Positions 11,626-26,335 of a stretch of DNA of 64,000 nt are shown here, one piece after another. The stretch is from Methylococcus sp. Lineage in GTDB: Bacteria; Pseudomonadota; Gammaproteobacteria; Methylococcales; Methylococcaceae. The notes under the pieces are model-generated. The model did not search any database and had not been told where the DNA came from. It was given only the letters and a program-made list of their open reading frames with translations. The stretch is taken from contig JAQTYA010000002.1 of NCBI GenBank assembly GCA_028688525.1, forward strand, positions 21,930 through 85,929, read 5' to 3'. Position numbers and translations under genes: made by a program. The first letter of the stretch is position 1, and each line of letters starts with the position of its first letter.

Positions 11626-11692
11626 GGCCGCCGAGCTGTAACCTGCTCTTCAAAAAGACCAGACGTACAACATTTATCTGGAGGACATTAAG

Positions 11693-11767
11693 ATGCGTTG
11701 GGAAAAACCGAGCTACAACGACATGCGCTTCGGCTTCGAAGTCACCATGTACATCTACAACCGTTAA
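11693..11767 (+). CDS. pqqA: PQQ precursor peptide (24 aa)
   Basis: Not in the ORF track. MRWEKPSYNDMRFGFEVTMYIYNR with E-x3-Y motif, GGAGG RBS, directly upstream of pqqB. Confidence 0.97.
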   Translation: MRWEKPSYNDMRFGFEVTMYIYNR

Positions 11768-11784
11768 TTATTGACGGTTGGGCG

Positions 11785-11821
11785 GAAGCGGGGTTCGATC
11801 ATTCGAGCCCCGTTTTCGTTT
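11785..11821 (+). terminator. Hairpin/partial terminator between pqqA and pqqB
   Basis: GAAGCGGGGTTCGA-TCAT-TCGAGCCCCGTTTT followed by CGTTT. Confidence 0.65.
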
Positions 11822-11853
11822 GCGCGGCAAACAAACTTTCCTGATAAGTTCCT

Positions 11854-12768
11854 ATGATCATTCGTGTCCTCGGAGCTGGTGCCGGCGGCGGGTTCCCCCA
11901 ATGGAACTGCAACTGCGGCAATTGCCGGCGTTTCCGCGAAAAAACCCTCAATGCCAAGGCCCGCACCCAGTCTTCGATAGCGGTCAGCGCCGACGGCAAG
12001 CGCTGGGTGCTGTTCAATGCCTCGCCGGACATCCGCAGCCAGCTCGAGGCCTTTCCCGCCAGCCATCCGCGCGAGGGCGTCCGCGATACCGGCATCCATG
12101 CCATCGTGCTGATCGACAGCCAGATCGACCACACCACCGGCCTGTTGATGCTGCGCGAATCCACCCGCCCGCTGCAAGTCTATTGCAGCGAGATGGTGAA
12201 GCAGGACCTGTCCACCGGCTTCCCCGTATTCCGGATGCTGGAGCATTATTGCGGGGTGGAGCACCATGCCGTTCCGCTGGACGGCGGCAGCTTCACCATC
12301 CCCGGCATCGAAGGCCTGAAATTCTCGACCCACTCGCTGAAAAGCAAGGCGCCGCCCTATTCGCCCCACCGCCACGATCCACACGATGGCGACAACATCG
12401 GCGTGATCGTCGAAAACACGGATAACGGCCGCAAGCTCTACTACGCGCCGGGGCTGGGCGAAATCGAGCCGCACGTCCGCGCGGCCATGGAAGCGGCGGA
12501 CTGTCTGCTGGTCGATGGCACCTTCTGGCGCGAAGACGAGATGCACCATGCCGGCATCTGCGACAAGCTGGCGCGGGAGATGGGCCATTTGCCGCAGTCC
12601 GGCGACGGCGGCATGCTGGAAGTCTTGAACACCTTGCCGGATGCCCGCAAGGTCTTGATCCACATCAACAACACCAACCCGATTCTGGACGAAGATTCGC
12701 CGCAGCGTCAGGCCCTGACCGAAGCCGGGGTCGAAGTCGCCTACGACGGTTTGGAAATCGTTTTGTGA
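11854..12768 (+). CDS. pqqB: PQQ biosynthesis protein B
   Basis: [39 protein letters not shown]. Confidence 0.97.
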   Translation: MIIRVLGAGAGGGFPQWNCNCGNCRRFREKTLNAKARTQSSIAVSADGKRWVLFNASPDIRSQLEAFPASHPREGVRDTGIHAIVLIDSQIDHTTGLLMLRESTRPLQVYCSEMVKQDLSTGFPVFRMLEHYCGVEHHAVPLDGGSFTIPGIEGLKFSTHSLKSKAPPYSPHRHDPHDGDNIGVIVENTDNGRKLYYAPGLGEIEPHVRAAMEAADCLLVDGTFWREDEMHHAGICDKLAREMGHLPQSGDGGMLEVLNTLPDARKVLIHINNTNPILDEDSPQRQALTEAGVEVAYDGLEIVL

Positions 12769-12776
12769 GGAATCCC

Positions 12777-13502
12777 ATGAGCCAAGACACGACCCCCTGG
12801 AGCCGCAGCGAATTCGAAGCCCGGCTGCGCGCGAAGGACAAGTTCTATCACATCCATCATCCTTATCATGTGATGATGGCGAACGGCGAACTGAACCGCG
12901 AGCAAATCCAGGGCTGGGTGGCGAACCGCTTCTATTACCAGATCGCCATTCCGCGCAAGGACTCGGCGATCATGGCCAACTGCCCGGACCGCGAAACCCG
13001 CCGCAAGTGGATGCAGCGCGTGATGGATCACGACGGCTACGGCGACGATCCCGGCGGGATCGAAGCCTGGATTCAGCTCGGCATCGCCTGCGGCCTGGAC
13101 CGGGACGACCTGGTATCGCTCAAGCATGTGCTGCCCGGCGTGCGTTTCGCGGTCGACGCCTACGTCAATTTCGCACGCACCGCGACCTGGCAGGAAGCGG
13201 CCTGCTCCTCGCTCACCGAACTGTTCGCACCAACCATCCACAAACAGCGGCTGGCCGGCTGGCCGGACCTGTACCCCTGGATCGCCGCCGACGGCCTGGC
13301 TTATTTCCGCAAGCGGGTGTCCCAGGCCAGCCGCGACGTCGAGCACGGCATCGAGATCACCCTCGATTACTTCCGGACTCGGGAGCAGCAGGAGCGGGCG
13401 CTGGAGATTCTCCAATTCAAGCTCGACATCCTGTGGTCGATGCTGGATGCCATGCATCTGGCTTATGTCGACCGCAAACCGCCTTATTTCAACATCGGCT
13501 GA
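12777..13502 (+). CDS. pqqC: PQQ synthase
   Basis: [38 protein letters not shown]. Confidence 0.97.
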   Translation: MSQDTTPWSRSEFEARLRAKDKFYHIHHPYHVMMANGELNREQIQGWVANRFYYQIAIPRKDSAIMANCPDRETRRKWMQRVMDHDGYGDDPGGIEAWIQLGIACGLDRDDLVSLKHVLPGVRFAVDAYVNFARTATWQEAACSSLTELFAPTIHKQRLAGWPDLYPWIAADGLAYFRKRVSQASRDVEHGIEITLDYFRTREQQERALEILQFKLDILWSMLDAMHLAYVDRKPPYFNIG

Positions 13503-13510
13503 TCCCTATC

Positions 13511-13792
13511 ATGACCCTCCAATCCGATACCTTGCTGGAAATCTCTCCCTTGCTGCGCCTGCAATGGGAAGAAGCCCAGCAGCGCCACGTCATGCTCTAC
13601 CCCGAAGGCATGATCGAACTGAACGACACCGCCGCCGCGATCCTGGAACTTTGCGACGGCACGCACAATCTCACTAGCATCGTGGAAAAGCTGGAACAGA
13701 AATACGAGGCTTCCGGAATCGAACCCGATGTACGCGAAATGCTCGAAAGCGCCCTGAACAATGGCTGGATCAGAGAACTCGTCGCTCAGTAA
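13511..13792 (+). CDS. pqqD: PQQ peptide chaperone
   Basis: [23 protein letters not shown]...ILELCDG; true start inside ORF 13007..13792. Confidence 0.95.
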   Translation: MTLQSDTLLEISPLLRLQWEEAQQRHVMLYPEGMIELNDTAAAILELCDGTHNLTSIVEKLEQKYEASGIEPDVREMLESALNNGWIRELVAQ

Positions 13793-14882
13793 ACCGCGCT
13801 GGCTGCTGGCGGAGCTGACCTATTCCTGCCCGCTGCAATGCCCGTATTGCTCCAATCCGCTTGACTACGCCGGTTTAGGCAATGAGCTGAGCACCGAGGA
13901 ATGGAAGCGAGTGCTGAGCGAGGCTCGCGCGCTGGGCGCCGTGCAGCTCGGACTTTCCGGCGGCGAACCGCTGACGCGGCGCGACCTGGCGGAAATCGTC
14001 GCGCATGCCCGCCAGCTCGGCTATTACACCAATCTCATCACCTCCGGCTACGGCCTGGACGAGGCCCGCATCGCCGAACTGAAAACGGCCGGCCTCGATC
14101 ACATCCAGGTCAGCATCCAGTCGCCGGAAAAGCTGCTGAACGATAAGCTCGCCGGCACCGAGTCCTTCGAGCACAAACTCGACGTCGCCCGCTGGGTGAA
14201 GCAGCACGGCTATCCCATGGTGCTGTGCGTGGTCATCCACCGCCAGAACATCCACCAGATGCAGCAGATACTGGAGATGGCCGAGGCGCTCGGCGCGGAT
14301 TATCTGGAGCTGGCCAACACCCAGTATTACGGCTGGGCGCTGCTCAACCGCGACCAGTTGCTGCCGACCCGCGAGCAATTCGCGGAGGCCGAAGCTATCG
14401 CTCAAAGCTATAAGGAAAAGGTCAAGGGACGGATGAAGATTTACTACGTCGTCCCGGACTATTACGAAGACCGGCCCAAGGCCTGCATGAACGGCTGGGG
14501 CACGACCTTCCTCACCATAGCGCCGGACGGCATGGCCCTGCCCTGCCACGCCGCCCGCGAGTTGCCGGGCCTAGCCTGCCCCAACGTGCGCGACTCCAGC
14601 GTACGGGAAATTTGGTACGAATCGGCAGCCTTCAACCGCTTCCGCGGCTACGGCTGGATGAAGGAACCCTGCCGCAGCTGCCCGGAAAAGGAAAAAGACT
14701 TCGGCGGCTGCCGCTGCCAAGCCTATCTCATAACCGGCGACATGACCGACGCCGACCCGGTTTGCAGCAAGTCCCCGCACCACCATCGAGTGACGGAAGC
14801 CATCGCCTCGGCCCATGATTCGACGGCGGATAAGCCCCTGGTGTTCCGCAATTCGAAGAACTCGAAAGCCTTGACCGGCTGA
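13761..14882 (+). CDS. pqqE: PqqA peptide cyclase (radical SAM/SPASM)
   Basis: [31 protein letters not shown]. Confidence 0.97.
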   Translation: MAGSENSSLSKPRWLLAELTYSCPLQCPYCSNPLDYAGLGNELSTEEWKRVLSEARALGAVQLGLSGGEPLTRRDLAEIVAHARQLGYYTNLITSGYGLDEARIAELKTAGLDHIQVSIQSPEKLLNDKLAGTESFEHKLDVARWVKQHGYPMVLCVVIHRQNIHQMQQILEMAEALGADYLELANTQYYGWALLNRDQLLPTREQFAEAEAIAQSYKEKVKGRMKIYYVVPDYYEDRPKACMNGWGTTFLTIAPDGMALPCHAARELPGLACPNVRDSSVREIWYESAAFNRFRGYGWMKEPCRSCPEKEKDFGGCRCQAYLITGDMTDADPVCSKSPHHHRVTEAIASAHDSTADKPLVFRNSKNSKALTG

Positions 14883-14893
14883 GCTTGACCGGC

Positions 14894-15109
14894 TCAGCCT
14901 TCCGGATTCATCAAATCGAACACTAGCAAGACATTCTTCCCGGTCTTGGTATTGGTGGCTTTGAAGGTCGCGACATCGTTCTCCATGCTCACGCATTCGA
15001 TTTCCACCGGCGGGTCATCGTGCTCGCTCTCCGGTATCTCGAGCTGTTCGAGGAGGTCAGCGTCTTCCTCTTCGGTCAGTTCCATATTGCCGTCTTTGTC
15101 GATTCTCAT
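14894..15109 (-). CDS. Small acidic hypothetical protein (71 aa)
   Basis: ATG 13 nt after the holA stop with purine-rich RBS; MRIDKDGNMELTEEEDADLLEQLE... Confidence 0.65.
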   Translation of the reverse strand: MRIDKDGNMELTEEEDADLLEQLEIPESEHDDPPVEIECVSMENDVATFKATNTKTGKNVLLVFDLMNPEG

Positions 15110-15122
15110 GGCTTCTTTACCT

Positions 15123-16135
15123 TCAACATTGAAATGAGTGAGGAGCGGCAACATGCAGGCAGACATCGGCCAGGCCCAGCCACGGATCACCCGGCTCCAG
15201 TCCCTTGACCATCCGGTCCACCCGCGTACACAGCCGCACCGCATCGAGCACGCGGTCCTTGGCCAAGCGGCGGGCAGCCTTCGCAAAAGCCTCCTTGCGC
15301 TTGTCGAATATCCGCAGCCGCGCCAAAGCGCTGTCCACCGCCTGACCGCGTGCCAGCTCCCGCTGCAGAGCGGCCAGCGAGCGCAGTTCGCGGGCCACGG
15401 CCCACAAAACTACCAACGGCGCCACGCCTTCGCCTTCCAGCCCGCGCAGGACTCTCAAGGTACGTGTGGTATGGCCATCGAGCATGGCGGCGGCAACGTC
15501 GAATACATCGTAGCGGGCGCAGTCCGACACCGCAGCCACAATCTGTTCGTCTTCGACGCGGCCTGCGCCGTACAGAATGTGGAGTTTTTCGATTTCCTGG
15601 GCCGCGGCAAGCAGATTGCCTTCTACTCGCGCGGCCAGGAGCCGCAGCCCGGACTGGTCCGCCAGCATGCCCAAGCGATTCATGCGCCGGTCCAGCCAAG
15701 CGATCAGTTCGCGCCCTTCCAGCGGCCACGCCTGTACCAGGACGCCGGCCGCCTCAGCCGCACGCAGCCAAGCCGCATTCAGGTCGTCCTTGGTCAAACG
15801 CGGCAGGCTCACCAGAAGAATGGCGTCCGCAGCCGGCTTTTCGAGATAGCGTAGCAATGCCGCCGCGCCCTCCTTGTCCGGCTTGGCGTTGAGCCGCAGA
15901 TCCAGGATGCGCAGGTCGCCGAACAGGGGCACGGAATCGCCGGCTTCGGAAAAAGCGCCCCAGCTAAAACCGGACTCGACGTGAAACAGCTCCCGCAGGA
16001 CGTAGCCTCGATCGCGTGCAGCCGCACGGATCGCATCGGCCGCCTCGCCCAGTTGCAGCGGCTCGTCCCCGGACAGCACATAGACCGGCGCCAGCGTGCG
16101 TTCGAGCGCGCCGGCGAGCTGGTCCGGCTTCAGCC

Positions 16136-16139
<4 letters not shown>
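15123..16139 (-). CDS. holA: DNA polymerase III delta subunit
   Basis: PVYVLSGDEPL, RVEGNLLAAAQEIEKL; leuS-lptE-holA synteny. Confidence 0.95.
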
Positions 16140-19500
<3,361 letters not shown>

Positions 19501-19598
19501 TCAAGCAAAAGTGGCTAGAATACCGGACGCCGCGTCGAATCTGAAGCCGAAACAGGCGATGAACGCTTAAAGGAGCGGCAGCGTTCGGGGAGACAAAC

Positions 19599-20375
19599 AT
19601 GCATAGGGTCATATTCAACCAGAAGGGCGGAGTCGGCAAATCCACCATCACCTGCAATCTCGCCGCCATCAGCGCCGCCAAGGGCAAGAAGACGCTGGTC
19701 GTCGACCTGGATGTTCAGGGCAATTCCACCCATTACCTTTTGGGCCAAAAGGTGGCGGACCAAGACCGCACCATAGCGCGGTTCTTCAAAGATACGCTGG
19801 GCCTGAGCCTGTTCGGCAAAGGCCAGGATGAGGGGCTGAATGCCGTTATCCACGAGACCCCGTATCCCAATCTGTATGTCGCGCCGTCCCACCCCGAACT
19901 GGAGCCGCTGCAAGGCCGCCTGGAATCCCGCTACAAGATCTACAAGCTGCGCGAAGCGCTGGAAGCCTTGTCAGGCTTCGACCGCGTTTTCATCGACACC
20001 CCACCGGTATTGAATTTCTACAGCCGCTCGGCGCTAATCGCAGCCCGCCGCTGCCTGATTCCGTTCGACTGCGACGCTTTTTCGCGCGAGGCCTTGTACA
20101 ACCTGCTGGCGGTGATCGCCGAAATCAAGGCAGACCATAACGACGGGCTGATGCTGGAAGGCATCATCGTCAACCAGTTCCAAAGCCGCGCCAGCCTGCC
20201 GCAGAAACTGGTCGAGGAGCTCCTCGCCGAAGGCCATCCGGTCTTGGATACCCGGATTTCGCCCTCGGTAAAGGTCAGAGAGTCGCACAGCGAATCGAAA
20301 CCCTTGCTGCACTATGCGCCGGACCACAAGCTGTCCAACGAGTTCCTGGCGCTGTTCGACGAACTGGAGACCTAA
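19599..20375 (+). CDS. Orphan ParA-family ATPase
   Basis: Deviant Walker A KGGVGKST, DLDVQGN, IDTPP; no parB adjacent. Confidence 0.9.
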   Translation: MHRVIFNQKGGVGKSTITCNLAAISAAKGKKTLVVDLDVQGNSTHYLLGQKVADQDRTIARFFKDTLGLSLFGKGQDEGLNAVIHETPYPNLYVAPSHPELEPLQGRLESRYKIYKLREALEALSGFDRVFIDTPPVLNFYSRSALIAARRCLIPFDCDAFSREALYNLLAVIAEIKADHNDGLMLEGIIVNQFQSRASLPQKLVEELLAEGHPVLDTRISPSVKVRESHSESKPLLHYAPDHKLSNEFLALFDELET

Positions 20376-21877
20376 ATCCCCTCGCCCCCTGGGAGAGGGC
20401 GTAAGCCTTTGCGTCGGCGTCTAACCAAACAGATGCCGATGATCCCCGCGCACAGCCCGACCGCCGGCCAATCGCCCCACCAGGTATACGGCGTCGCGCC
20501 TGCCATCGGCTGCAGCATGCCGGTCAGCGCCTCGCGCTGAAACATCGGCGCGACCGCAACCGGCTTGCCACCGGCATCGATGATGCCGGTGACACCGGTG
20601 TTGGTGGCACGCAGCATGTAACGCCCCGCCTCGATGGCGCGCATCCGCGCTTTTTGCCAATGCTGATGAGGCGCGAACGAATCTCCGAACCAGGCGTCGT
20701 TGGTGACGTTCACCAGATAGGCCCCTTCCGGCAAGCCCACCAGCGATTCCTGGCCGAAGATGTCCTCATAGCAAATCGAGGTCACAAGCGGATAGCCCGC
20801 CGCGTGCAATAGGCTCTGGCGAGGCTCGCCAGAGGTAAAGTCGGACAAGGGGATCTGCAGCAGATCGAGGATGAAGCCCAGCATCGGCCGCAGTGGCAGG
20901 AACTCCCCGAACGGCACCAAATGGCGCTTGAAATACCGGCCGGGCTTGGAGCCCAGCGCCACCACGGCGTTGTAATAGCGATCGCCCTGAGACTCGTAGT
21001 AGGGCACGCCCACCAGAAGATCGACGCCGTGCTCGCGGGCCTCCGCCTCCAGCGGCGCCATGAAGCTCTCGGCCACCTGCTGGTAGAACGCCGGCACCGC
21101 CGTCTCCGGCCACACGATCAGCCTGGAATCCCAATGCTGGCGAGTCATGTCGACATACATTTGCAGGGTGGCGGCTTTCGCCTCCGGCAGCCATTTCCGA
21201 TCCTGCGGCACGTTGCCCTGCAGCAGCGTAACCCGGATCGGGTCGCCGGCCGGCTGCGTCCACCGGACTTGGGCGAACTGAGTGCTGCCGACCAGCACCG
21301 CCGCCGCGGCCAGCAGTGCGAAACGGCGCCCGCGCCGGCCCAGCAGCCAAGCGCTCAGCACCAAGCCAGCCAGAACGGCGAGCAGCCAGCCCACTCCGAA
21401 GACGCCGAGCACCGGCGCGATGCTGCGCAGACCGGTATCGGTCTGGCTATAACCGATCTGTAGCCAGGGAAATCCGCTGAACAGCCAGCCGCGCAGCCAT
21501 TCGGTAACCACCCAGACCGCGGGAAACAGCAACAGCACTCGCCCAAGCACCGCACCTCCGCCGAACCTGACGCCCAGCCAACCCGCCAGCGCCGGAAACA
21601 GCGAAAGATAGGCAACGAATACGGTAGTCAGGCCCGCTGCCGAAACCACGTCGCTGCCGCCGTATTCGTGCATGCTGACGAATACCCAGGACACCCCCAC
21701 GCCGAATTGGCCCAGCCCGAACAAGTAGCCGTAGGCGGCGGCTTGCAGCGGAGAGGCGTTCAGCCAGATCCGGAACAGCAGAGCCAGCGACAGCAGCGCC
21801 ACCAGCGCATAGCCGAACGGCGCGAAGGCGAACGGCAGCAGCGCACCGCCGGCAAGCGCGAGCAGCGCCGGCTTCAT
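20372..21877 (-). CDS. lnt: Apolipoprotein N-acyltransferase
   Basis: WPE, K.HLVPFGE, ICYE, NDAWFG, RATNTG. Confidence 0.96.
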   Translation of the reverse strand: MKPALLALAGGALLPFAFAPFGYALVALLSLALLFRIWLNASPLQAAAYGYLFGLGQFGVGVSWVFVSMHEYGGSDVVSAAGLTTVFVAYLSLFPALAGWLGVRFGGGAVLGRVLLLFPAVWVVTEWLRGWLFSGFPWLQIGYSQTDTGLRSIAPVLGVFGVGWLLAVLAGLVLSAWLLGRRGRRFALLAAAAVLVGSTQFAQVRWTQPAGDPIRVTLLQGNVPQDRKWLPEAKAATLQMYVDMTRQHWDSRLIVWPETAVPAFYQQVAESFMAPLEAEAREHGVDLLVGVPYYESQGDRYYNAVVALGSKPGRYFKRHLVPFGEFLPLRPMLGFILDLLQIPLSDFTSGEPRQSLLHAAGYPLVTSICYEDIFGQESLVGLPEGAYLVNVTNDAWFGDSFAPHQHWQKARMRAIEAGRYMLRATNTGVTGIIDAGGKPVAVAPMFQREALTGMLQPMAGATPYTWWGDWPAVGLCAGIIGICLVRRRRKGLRPLPGGEGI

Positions 21878-21880
21878 CGC

Positions 21881-22735
21881 TTAGCTCGCCGCCGGATCGG
21901 GAGCGTCCGGCGCAAGGCGGTGCAACCTCAGGAGGTGCACGCGCCGGCTGTCGGCGCGTATCACTGTGAAACGGAACGGCCCAACCTCGATCCGCTCGCC
22001 CCGCTCCGGCACATGCCCCAAGCGGTGCACAATTAGCCCGCCCACGGTGTCGAATTCGTCGTCGTCGAACTCGGTGCCGAAATATTCGTTGAATTCCTCG
22101 ATGGGCGTGATGGCTTTCAGAGTGTATTCCTGCTCACTCTTGCGGAAGATGTATTCCTCGTCGGCGAAATCGTGCTCGTCTTCGATTTCTCCCACGATCT
22201 GCTCCAGCACGTCCTCGATGGTGACCAGACCGGCCGCGCCACCGTATTCATCTACGACGATGGCCATGTGGCTGCGCGAGGCCTTGAACTCTTTCAACAG
22301 CACGTTGAGACGCTTGCTTTCCGGTACGAACAAGGCCGCGCGCATGATTTCGGACACCTTGAATTGGTGGCTCCGGAGGCTTTGCGCGAGCAAATCCTTG
22401 ACCAGCAGAATGCCGACCACCTCGGCACGGTCGTCGGAGATCACCGGATAGCGGGAATGGCCCGATTCGACCACCAAGGGAAAAACCCGTTCTAGCTCCG
22501 CGTCCTGGGGCACCACATCCATCTGCGCGCGGGGAATCATGATGTCCCGAACCCGGAGTTCGGAGACCTGCAGCACGCCCTCGATCATGGATAGGGCTTC
22601 GGGTTCGATCAAACGGCGTTTCTGGGCGTGCCGGAGCAGATCGAGCAGTTCGTCCCGGCTTTCCGGTTCGCCGGACAAAAAATGCACGAGCCGCTCCAGC
22701 CAACTTCGGTGTTCGCCTGCGTTTTCCTCGCTCAT
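21881..22735 (-). CDS. corC: CorC/YbeX CBS-domain protein
   Basis: [36 protein letters not shown]. Confidence 0.93.
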   Translation of the reverse strand: MSEENAGEHRSWLERLVHFLSGEPESRDELLDLLRHAQKRRLIEPEALSMIEGVLQVSELRVRDIMIPRAQMDVVPQDAELERVFPLVVESGHSRYPVISDDRAEVVGILLVKDLLAQSLRSHQFKVSEIMRAALFVPESKRLNVLLKEFKASRSHMAIVVDEYGGAAGLVTIEDVLEQIVGEIEDEHDFADEEYIFRKSEQEYTLKAITPIEEFNEYFGTEFDDDEFDTVGGLIVHRLGHVPERGERIEVGPFRFTVIRADSRRVHLLRLHRLAPDAPDPAAS

Positions 22736-23184
22736 CGCGAATGCGTCTCCTGATAGGGATTTTCGATACCCAAGCCTTCGAGAACCTCAATCTCCCGACG
22801 CTCCATGACCTCCGCTTCGGCATCTTCGATGTGGTCGTAGCCCTGCAAATGCAGCATGCCGTGGACGACCATATGGGCCCAATGCGCCTCCGGGCGCTTA
22901 TCCTGCTCCCTTGCCTCACGCTCCACGACCGGCGCGCAGATCACCAGATCGCCCAAGAGTTCGTTGGGCACCCCGGCCGGCACCACGAAGGGAAAGCTGA
23001 GCACGTTGGTCGGACCCGACTTGCCTCGGTAGGCGGAATTCAGCGCGGCGCTCTCCTCTGCATCGACGATTCGGATCACCACTTCCGTTCCCTCGCGCTC
23101 CGCCGCCGCCGCCGCCCACACCCGAAACAGAGACTCCTCCGGCACCGCCGCCGAGGTCGCCTGCTGCAGCGCCACCTCGATCAC
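22732..23184 (-). CDS. ybeY: rRNA maturation endoribonuclease
   Basis: [22 protein letters not shown]. Confidence 0.96.
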   Translation of the reverse strand: MIEVALQQATSAAVPEESLFRVWAAAAAEREGTEVVIRIVDAEESAALNSAYRGKSGPTNVLSFPFVVPAGVPNELLGDLVICAPVVEREAREQDKRPEAHWAHMVVHGMLHLQGYDHIEDAEAEVMERREIEVLEGLGIENPYQETHSR

Positions 23185-24167
23185 TCGCCCCGCTCCTGCA
23201 GAGCCTGCTCGTGCGCCTCGTAGGCGGCGACGATGCGCTGCACCAGCGGATGCCGCACGACGTCGCGGGTACTGAAGAAGGTGAAACTGATGCCTTCCAC
23301 ATCCTTCAGCACCTGCAGCACATGGCGCAGCCCGGATTCCTTATTGCGCGGCAAATCGGTCTGGGTAATGTCGCCGGTGATGACTGCTCGGGAACCGAAG
23401 CCAACCCGCGTCAGAAACATCTTGATCTGTTCGATGGTAGTGTTCTGGGCTTCGTCGAGGATGATGAAGGAATCGTTCAAGGTACGGCCGCGCATGAAGG
23501 CCAAGGGCGCCACTTCGATCACGTTGCGCTCGATCAGCTTGGCGACCCGCTCGAATCCCAGCATCTCGTATAGAGCATCGTACAGCGGGCGCAGGTAGGG
23601 ATCGATCTTCTGCGCCATGTCGCCCGGAAGAAATCCGAGCTTCTCGCCCGCCTCGACCGCCGGCCGCGCCAGCACCAGGCGCCGGACCTGCTCCTGTTCC
23701 AGTGCCGCCACCGCGCAGGCCACCGCCAGATAGGTCTTACCGGTACCGGCGGGACCGATGCCGAAATTGATGTCGTGCTGCTCGATGTTCTGCAGGTATT
23801 TCCGCTGGTTGGCTCCGCGCGCCCGGATCACCGAGCGCTTGGTGCGGATCAGCGCCTCTTCTTCCTGCGCGCCGGCTTCGCTCACCAAGGTATCGACATT
23901 CGCAGTCTGCAGCGACAGATGCACCCGCTCCGGCGTGACGATCTCGTGCTGAGCCGCATCGAACAGGCTGCGGATTACCTCGTAGGCGGCCCGCGCCGCC
24001 TTGCCCGCGCCGATGATCTGGAACTGGTTCCCGCGGTTCTGAATTTCGACGCCGAGACGGCGCTCGATCTGGCGCAGATGCTCGTCGAATTGGCCGCACA
24101 GGTTCGCCAACCGTGCGTTGTCCGACGGTTCTAGGAGTAATTGCAATGAGCTAGGATGGTTAGGCAA
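23181..24167 (-). CDS. ybeZ: PhoH-family ATPase (YbeZ)
   Basis: [26 protein letters not shown]. Confidence 0.93.
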   Translation of the reverse strand: MPNHPSSLQLLLEPSDNARLANLCGQFDEHLRQIERRLGVEIQNRGNQFQIIGAGKAARAAYEVIRSLFDAAQHEIVTPERVHLSLQTANVDTLVSEAGAQEEEALIRTKRSVIRARGANQRKYLQNIEQHDINFGIGPAGTGKTYLAVACAVAALEQEQVRRLVLARPAVEAGEKLGFLPGDMAQKIDPYLRPLYDALYEMLGFERVAKLIERNVIEVAPLAFMRGRTLNDSFIILDEAQNTTIEQIKMFLTRVGFGSRAVITGDITQTDLPRNKESGLRHVLQVLKDVEGISFTFFSTRDVVRHPLVQRIVAAYEAHEQALQERGE

Positions 24168-25533
24168 CTTGAGCGGTAGCTAATGAGGCGGACGGGGACT
24201 CGCCGGCCAGACCGGCCAGCCGGCCTCGCAGCGAATTAGGCAGAGATTCGGTGATGACGACGTCGACGAACTGGCCAATGAGCCGGGGATGGCCTTCGAA
24301 ATTCACCACACGGTTGTTTTCGGTGCGGCCGCTGAGCTCGTTGAAATCCTTGCGCGAAGTGCCTTCGACCAGCACCGACTGCACGCTGCCCACCATCCCG
24401 GACGAGATGGCCGCAGCGTGCGTCGCGATCCGGGCCTGCAATCGGGCCAGGCGTTCGCGCTTGGCCTCCAGCGGCACGTCATCGGCCATCTCCGCTGCCG
24501 GGGTCCCCGGTCGGGCGCTGAAAATGAAGCTGAAGGACTGATCGAAACCGAGCAGCTCGATCAGCGCCATGGTGTCCTCGAAATCCTCGGCGGTTTCGCC
24601 CGGAAACCCCACGATGAAATCCGACGAGAGGCTCAGATCGGGCCGAATCTCGCGCAGCCGGGCGATCTTATCTATGTATTCGGCGCGGGTATGGCCGCGC
24701 TTCATCAGCCCGAGAATCCGGTCGCTGCCGCTCTGGACCGGTAGGTGCAAATGGCTAACCAACTGCGGAATGTCGCGGAACGCCTCGATTAGGCTGCCGG
24801 AGAACTCCACCGGATGCGAGGTGGTGAAGCGGATGCGGTCGATGCCCTCCACTGCCGCCACATAATGCAGCAACAAAGCCAGATCGGCCAAGCCGCCGTC
24901 GGCCAACGCGCCGCGGTAGGCATTCACGTTTTGGCCCAGCAGATTGATCTCGCGAACGCCCTGCTCCGCCAGCGCGACGATCTCGGCGATCACATCGTCC
25001 ACCGGGCGGCTGATTTCCTCGCCGCGGGTATAGGGCACGACGCAGAAAGTGCAGTACTTGCCGCAACCCTCCATTACCGACACGAAAGCCTTCGGCCCTT
25101 CGGCGCGCGGCTCCGGCAGCGCATCGAATTTCTCGATCGCCGGGAACGAGACGTCCACCACAGGCCGCCGTTCGCGCCTGACCTGTTCGAGCATAGCAGG
25201 CAGCCGATGTAAGGTCTGGGGACCGAATACGATGTCGACATAAGGCGCCCGCTTCTGCAGCGCTTCGCCTTCCTGGCTCGCCACGCAACCGCCTACGCCG
25301 ATGACCACTTGCGGACGCTTGAGTTTGAGAGGGCGCCACCGGCCCAACTGCGAAAAGACTTTTTCCTGGGCCTTTTCCCGGATCGAACAGGTGTTGAGCA
25401 GCAGAACATCCGCCTCTTCAGGCGTCTGGGTGAGTACGAAACCATCGGAAGCGTCGAGCAAATCCCGCATCTTGGCGGAATCGTACTCGTTCATCTGGCA
25501 GCCGAAGGTCTCGATGTAGAGCTTTTGCGGCAT
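24160..25533 (-). CDS. miaB: tRNA i6A37 methylthiotransferase
   Basis: [18 protein letters not shown]-terminal TRAM domain. Confidence 0.96.
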   Translation of the reverse strand: MPQKLYIETFGCQMNEYDSAKMRDLLDASDGFVLTQTPEEADVLLLNTCSIREKAQEKVFSQLGRWRPLKLKRPQVVIGVGGCVASQEGEALQKRAPYVDIVFGPQTLHRLPAMLEQVRRERRPVVDVSFPAIEKFDALPEPRAEGPKAFVSVMEGCGKYCTFCVVPYTRGEEISRPVDDVIAEIVALAEQGVREINLLGQNVNAYRGALADGGLADLALLLHYVAAVEGIDRIRFTTSHPVEFSGSLIEAFRDIPQLVSHLHLPVQSGSDRILGLMKRGHTRAEYIDKIARLREIRPDLSLSSDFIVGFPGETAEDFEDTMALIELLGFDQSFSFIFSARPGTPAAEMADDVPLEAKRERLARLQARIATHAAAISSGMVGSVQSVLVEGTSRKDFNELSGRTENNRVVNFEGHPRLIGQFVDVVITESLPNSLRGRLAGLAGESPSASLATAQVA

Positions 25534-25664
25534 TTCTATAACGGGAAAGCGTCGGGGACCGGCGTCGGGGAAGGCGCTATTCTAGCAGACTTGCCGAACC
25601 CAAATGAAAAGCCGATCCACGCCTTGCGGAAAACGTCAGGCGCAGACCGGCTGTCGCCGATGGA

Positions 25665-26201
25665 TCAAACGGCGGGATGCGCAAACTTGAAGGGATTGAT
25701 GAGCGTCGACCCCACCCGCAGCAAATGCGCGTCCGGATGAGTACGAGCCATCAACTCGCGTACCCGCTCTTCCTCTTCGATTTTGGCGTCGATGAGGAGC
25801 AGGTGTTTGCCGGCGTCGATTTCATTGTGATAGGCGGCGATCTTCTGGTTTTCCGTGGTCATTCCCATCAAGCCACCTACCCATACGCCGAACAAGGTAA
25901 TGAAACCGAAAATCGCCAAATAGACCATGCTGCCCATGTCAGAACCGAAGGGCTGCGCGCTGGCGACGTACAAGCTGCCAAGCACAGAAAAAGCGAATCC
26001 TAGCAGGGCACCGCGCTCCGCGTAACGCACTGCGTCGGATTTCTGAATGAAATTAGCCGAATGGATGTGGCGGCGATAGAGCCCTGCCTGATCCTTGCTG
26101 ATGACATGGAAGTTCCAGTCTGAGATGCCCTCCTTGTGCAAAGCACTGGCAATCCGCTCCACGCTGTCGAGATTCTCGGTGAGGTAATAGAGTCGTTTCA
26201 T
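25665..26201 (-). CDS. Hypothetical membrane protein (DUF1269-like, two glycine-rich TM segments)
   Basis: MKRLYYL... with GGTAGGAG RBS; two hydrophobic helices; G.HLLLID motif. Confidence 0.7.
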   Translation of the reverse strand: MKRLYYLTENLDSVERIASALHKEGISDWNFHVISKDQAGLYRRHIHSANFIQKSDAVRYAERGALLGFAFSVLGSLYVASAQPFGSDMGSMVYLAIFGFITLFGVWVGGLMGMTTENQKIAAYHNEIDAGKHLLLIDAKIEEEERVRELMARTHPDAHLLRVGSTLINPFKFAHPAV

Positions 26202-26335
26202 AATTCGTCTCCTACCCAAGTGAAAGTACAAGCTAAATATCTCCTGGCGTACTGTAGAACTTCACCAGGATTGAAGAATCCTCTTATGCCTATTGGCAGC
26301 AGCTGTCAACCGCTTTTGCTCGATACGTGCCTGCT

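Noticed and set aside
14870-14899. Direct repeat CTTGACCGGCT twice at the pqqE end
   Set aside because: Only two 11-bp copies at a convergent junction; most likely a small local duplication.
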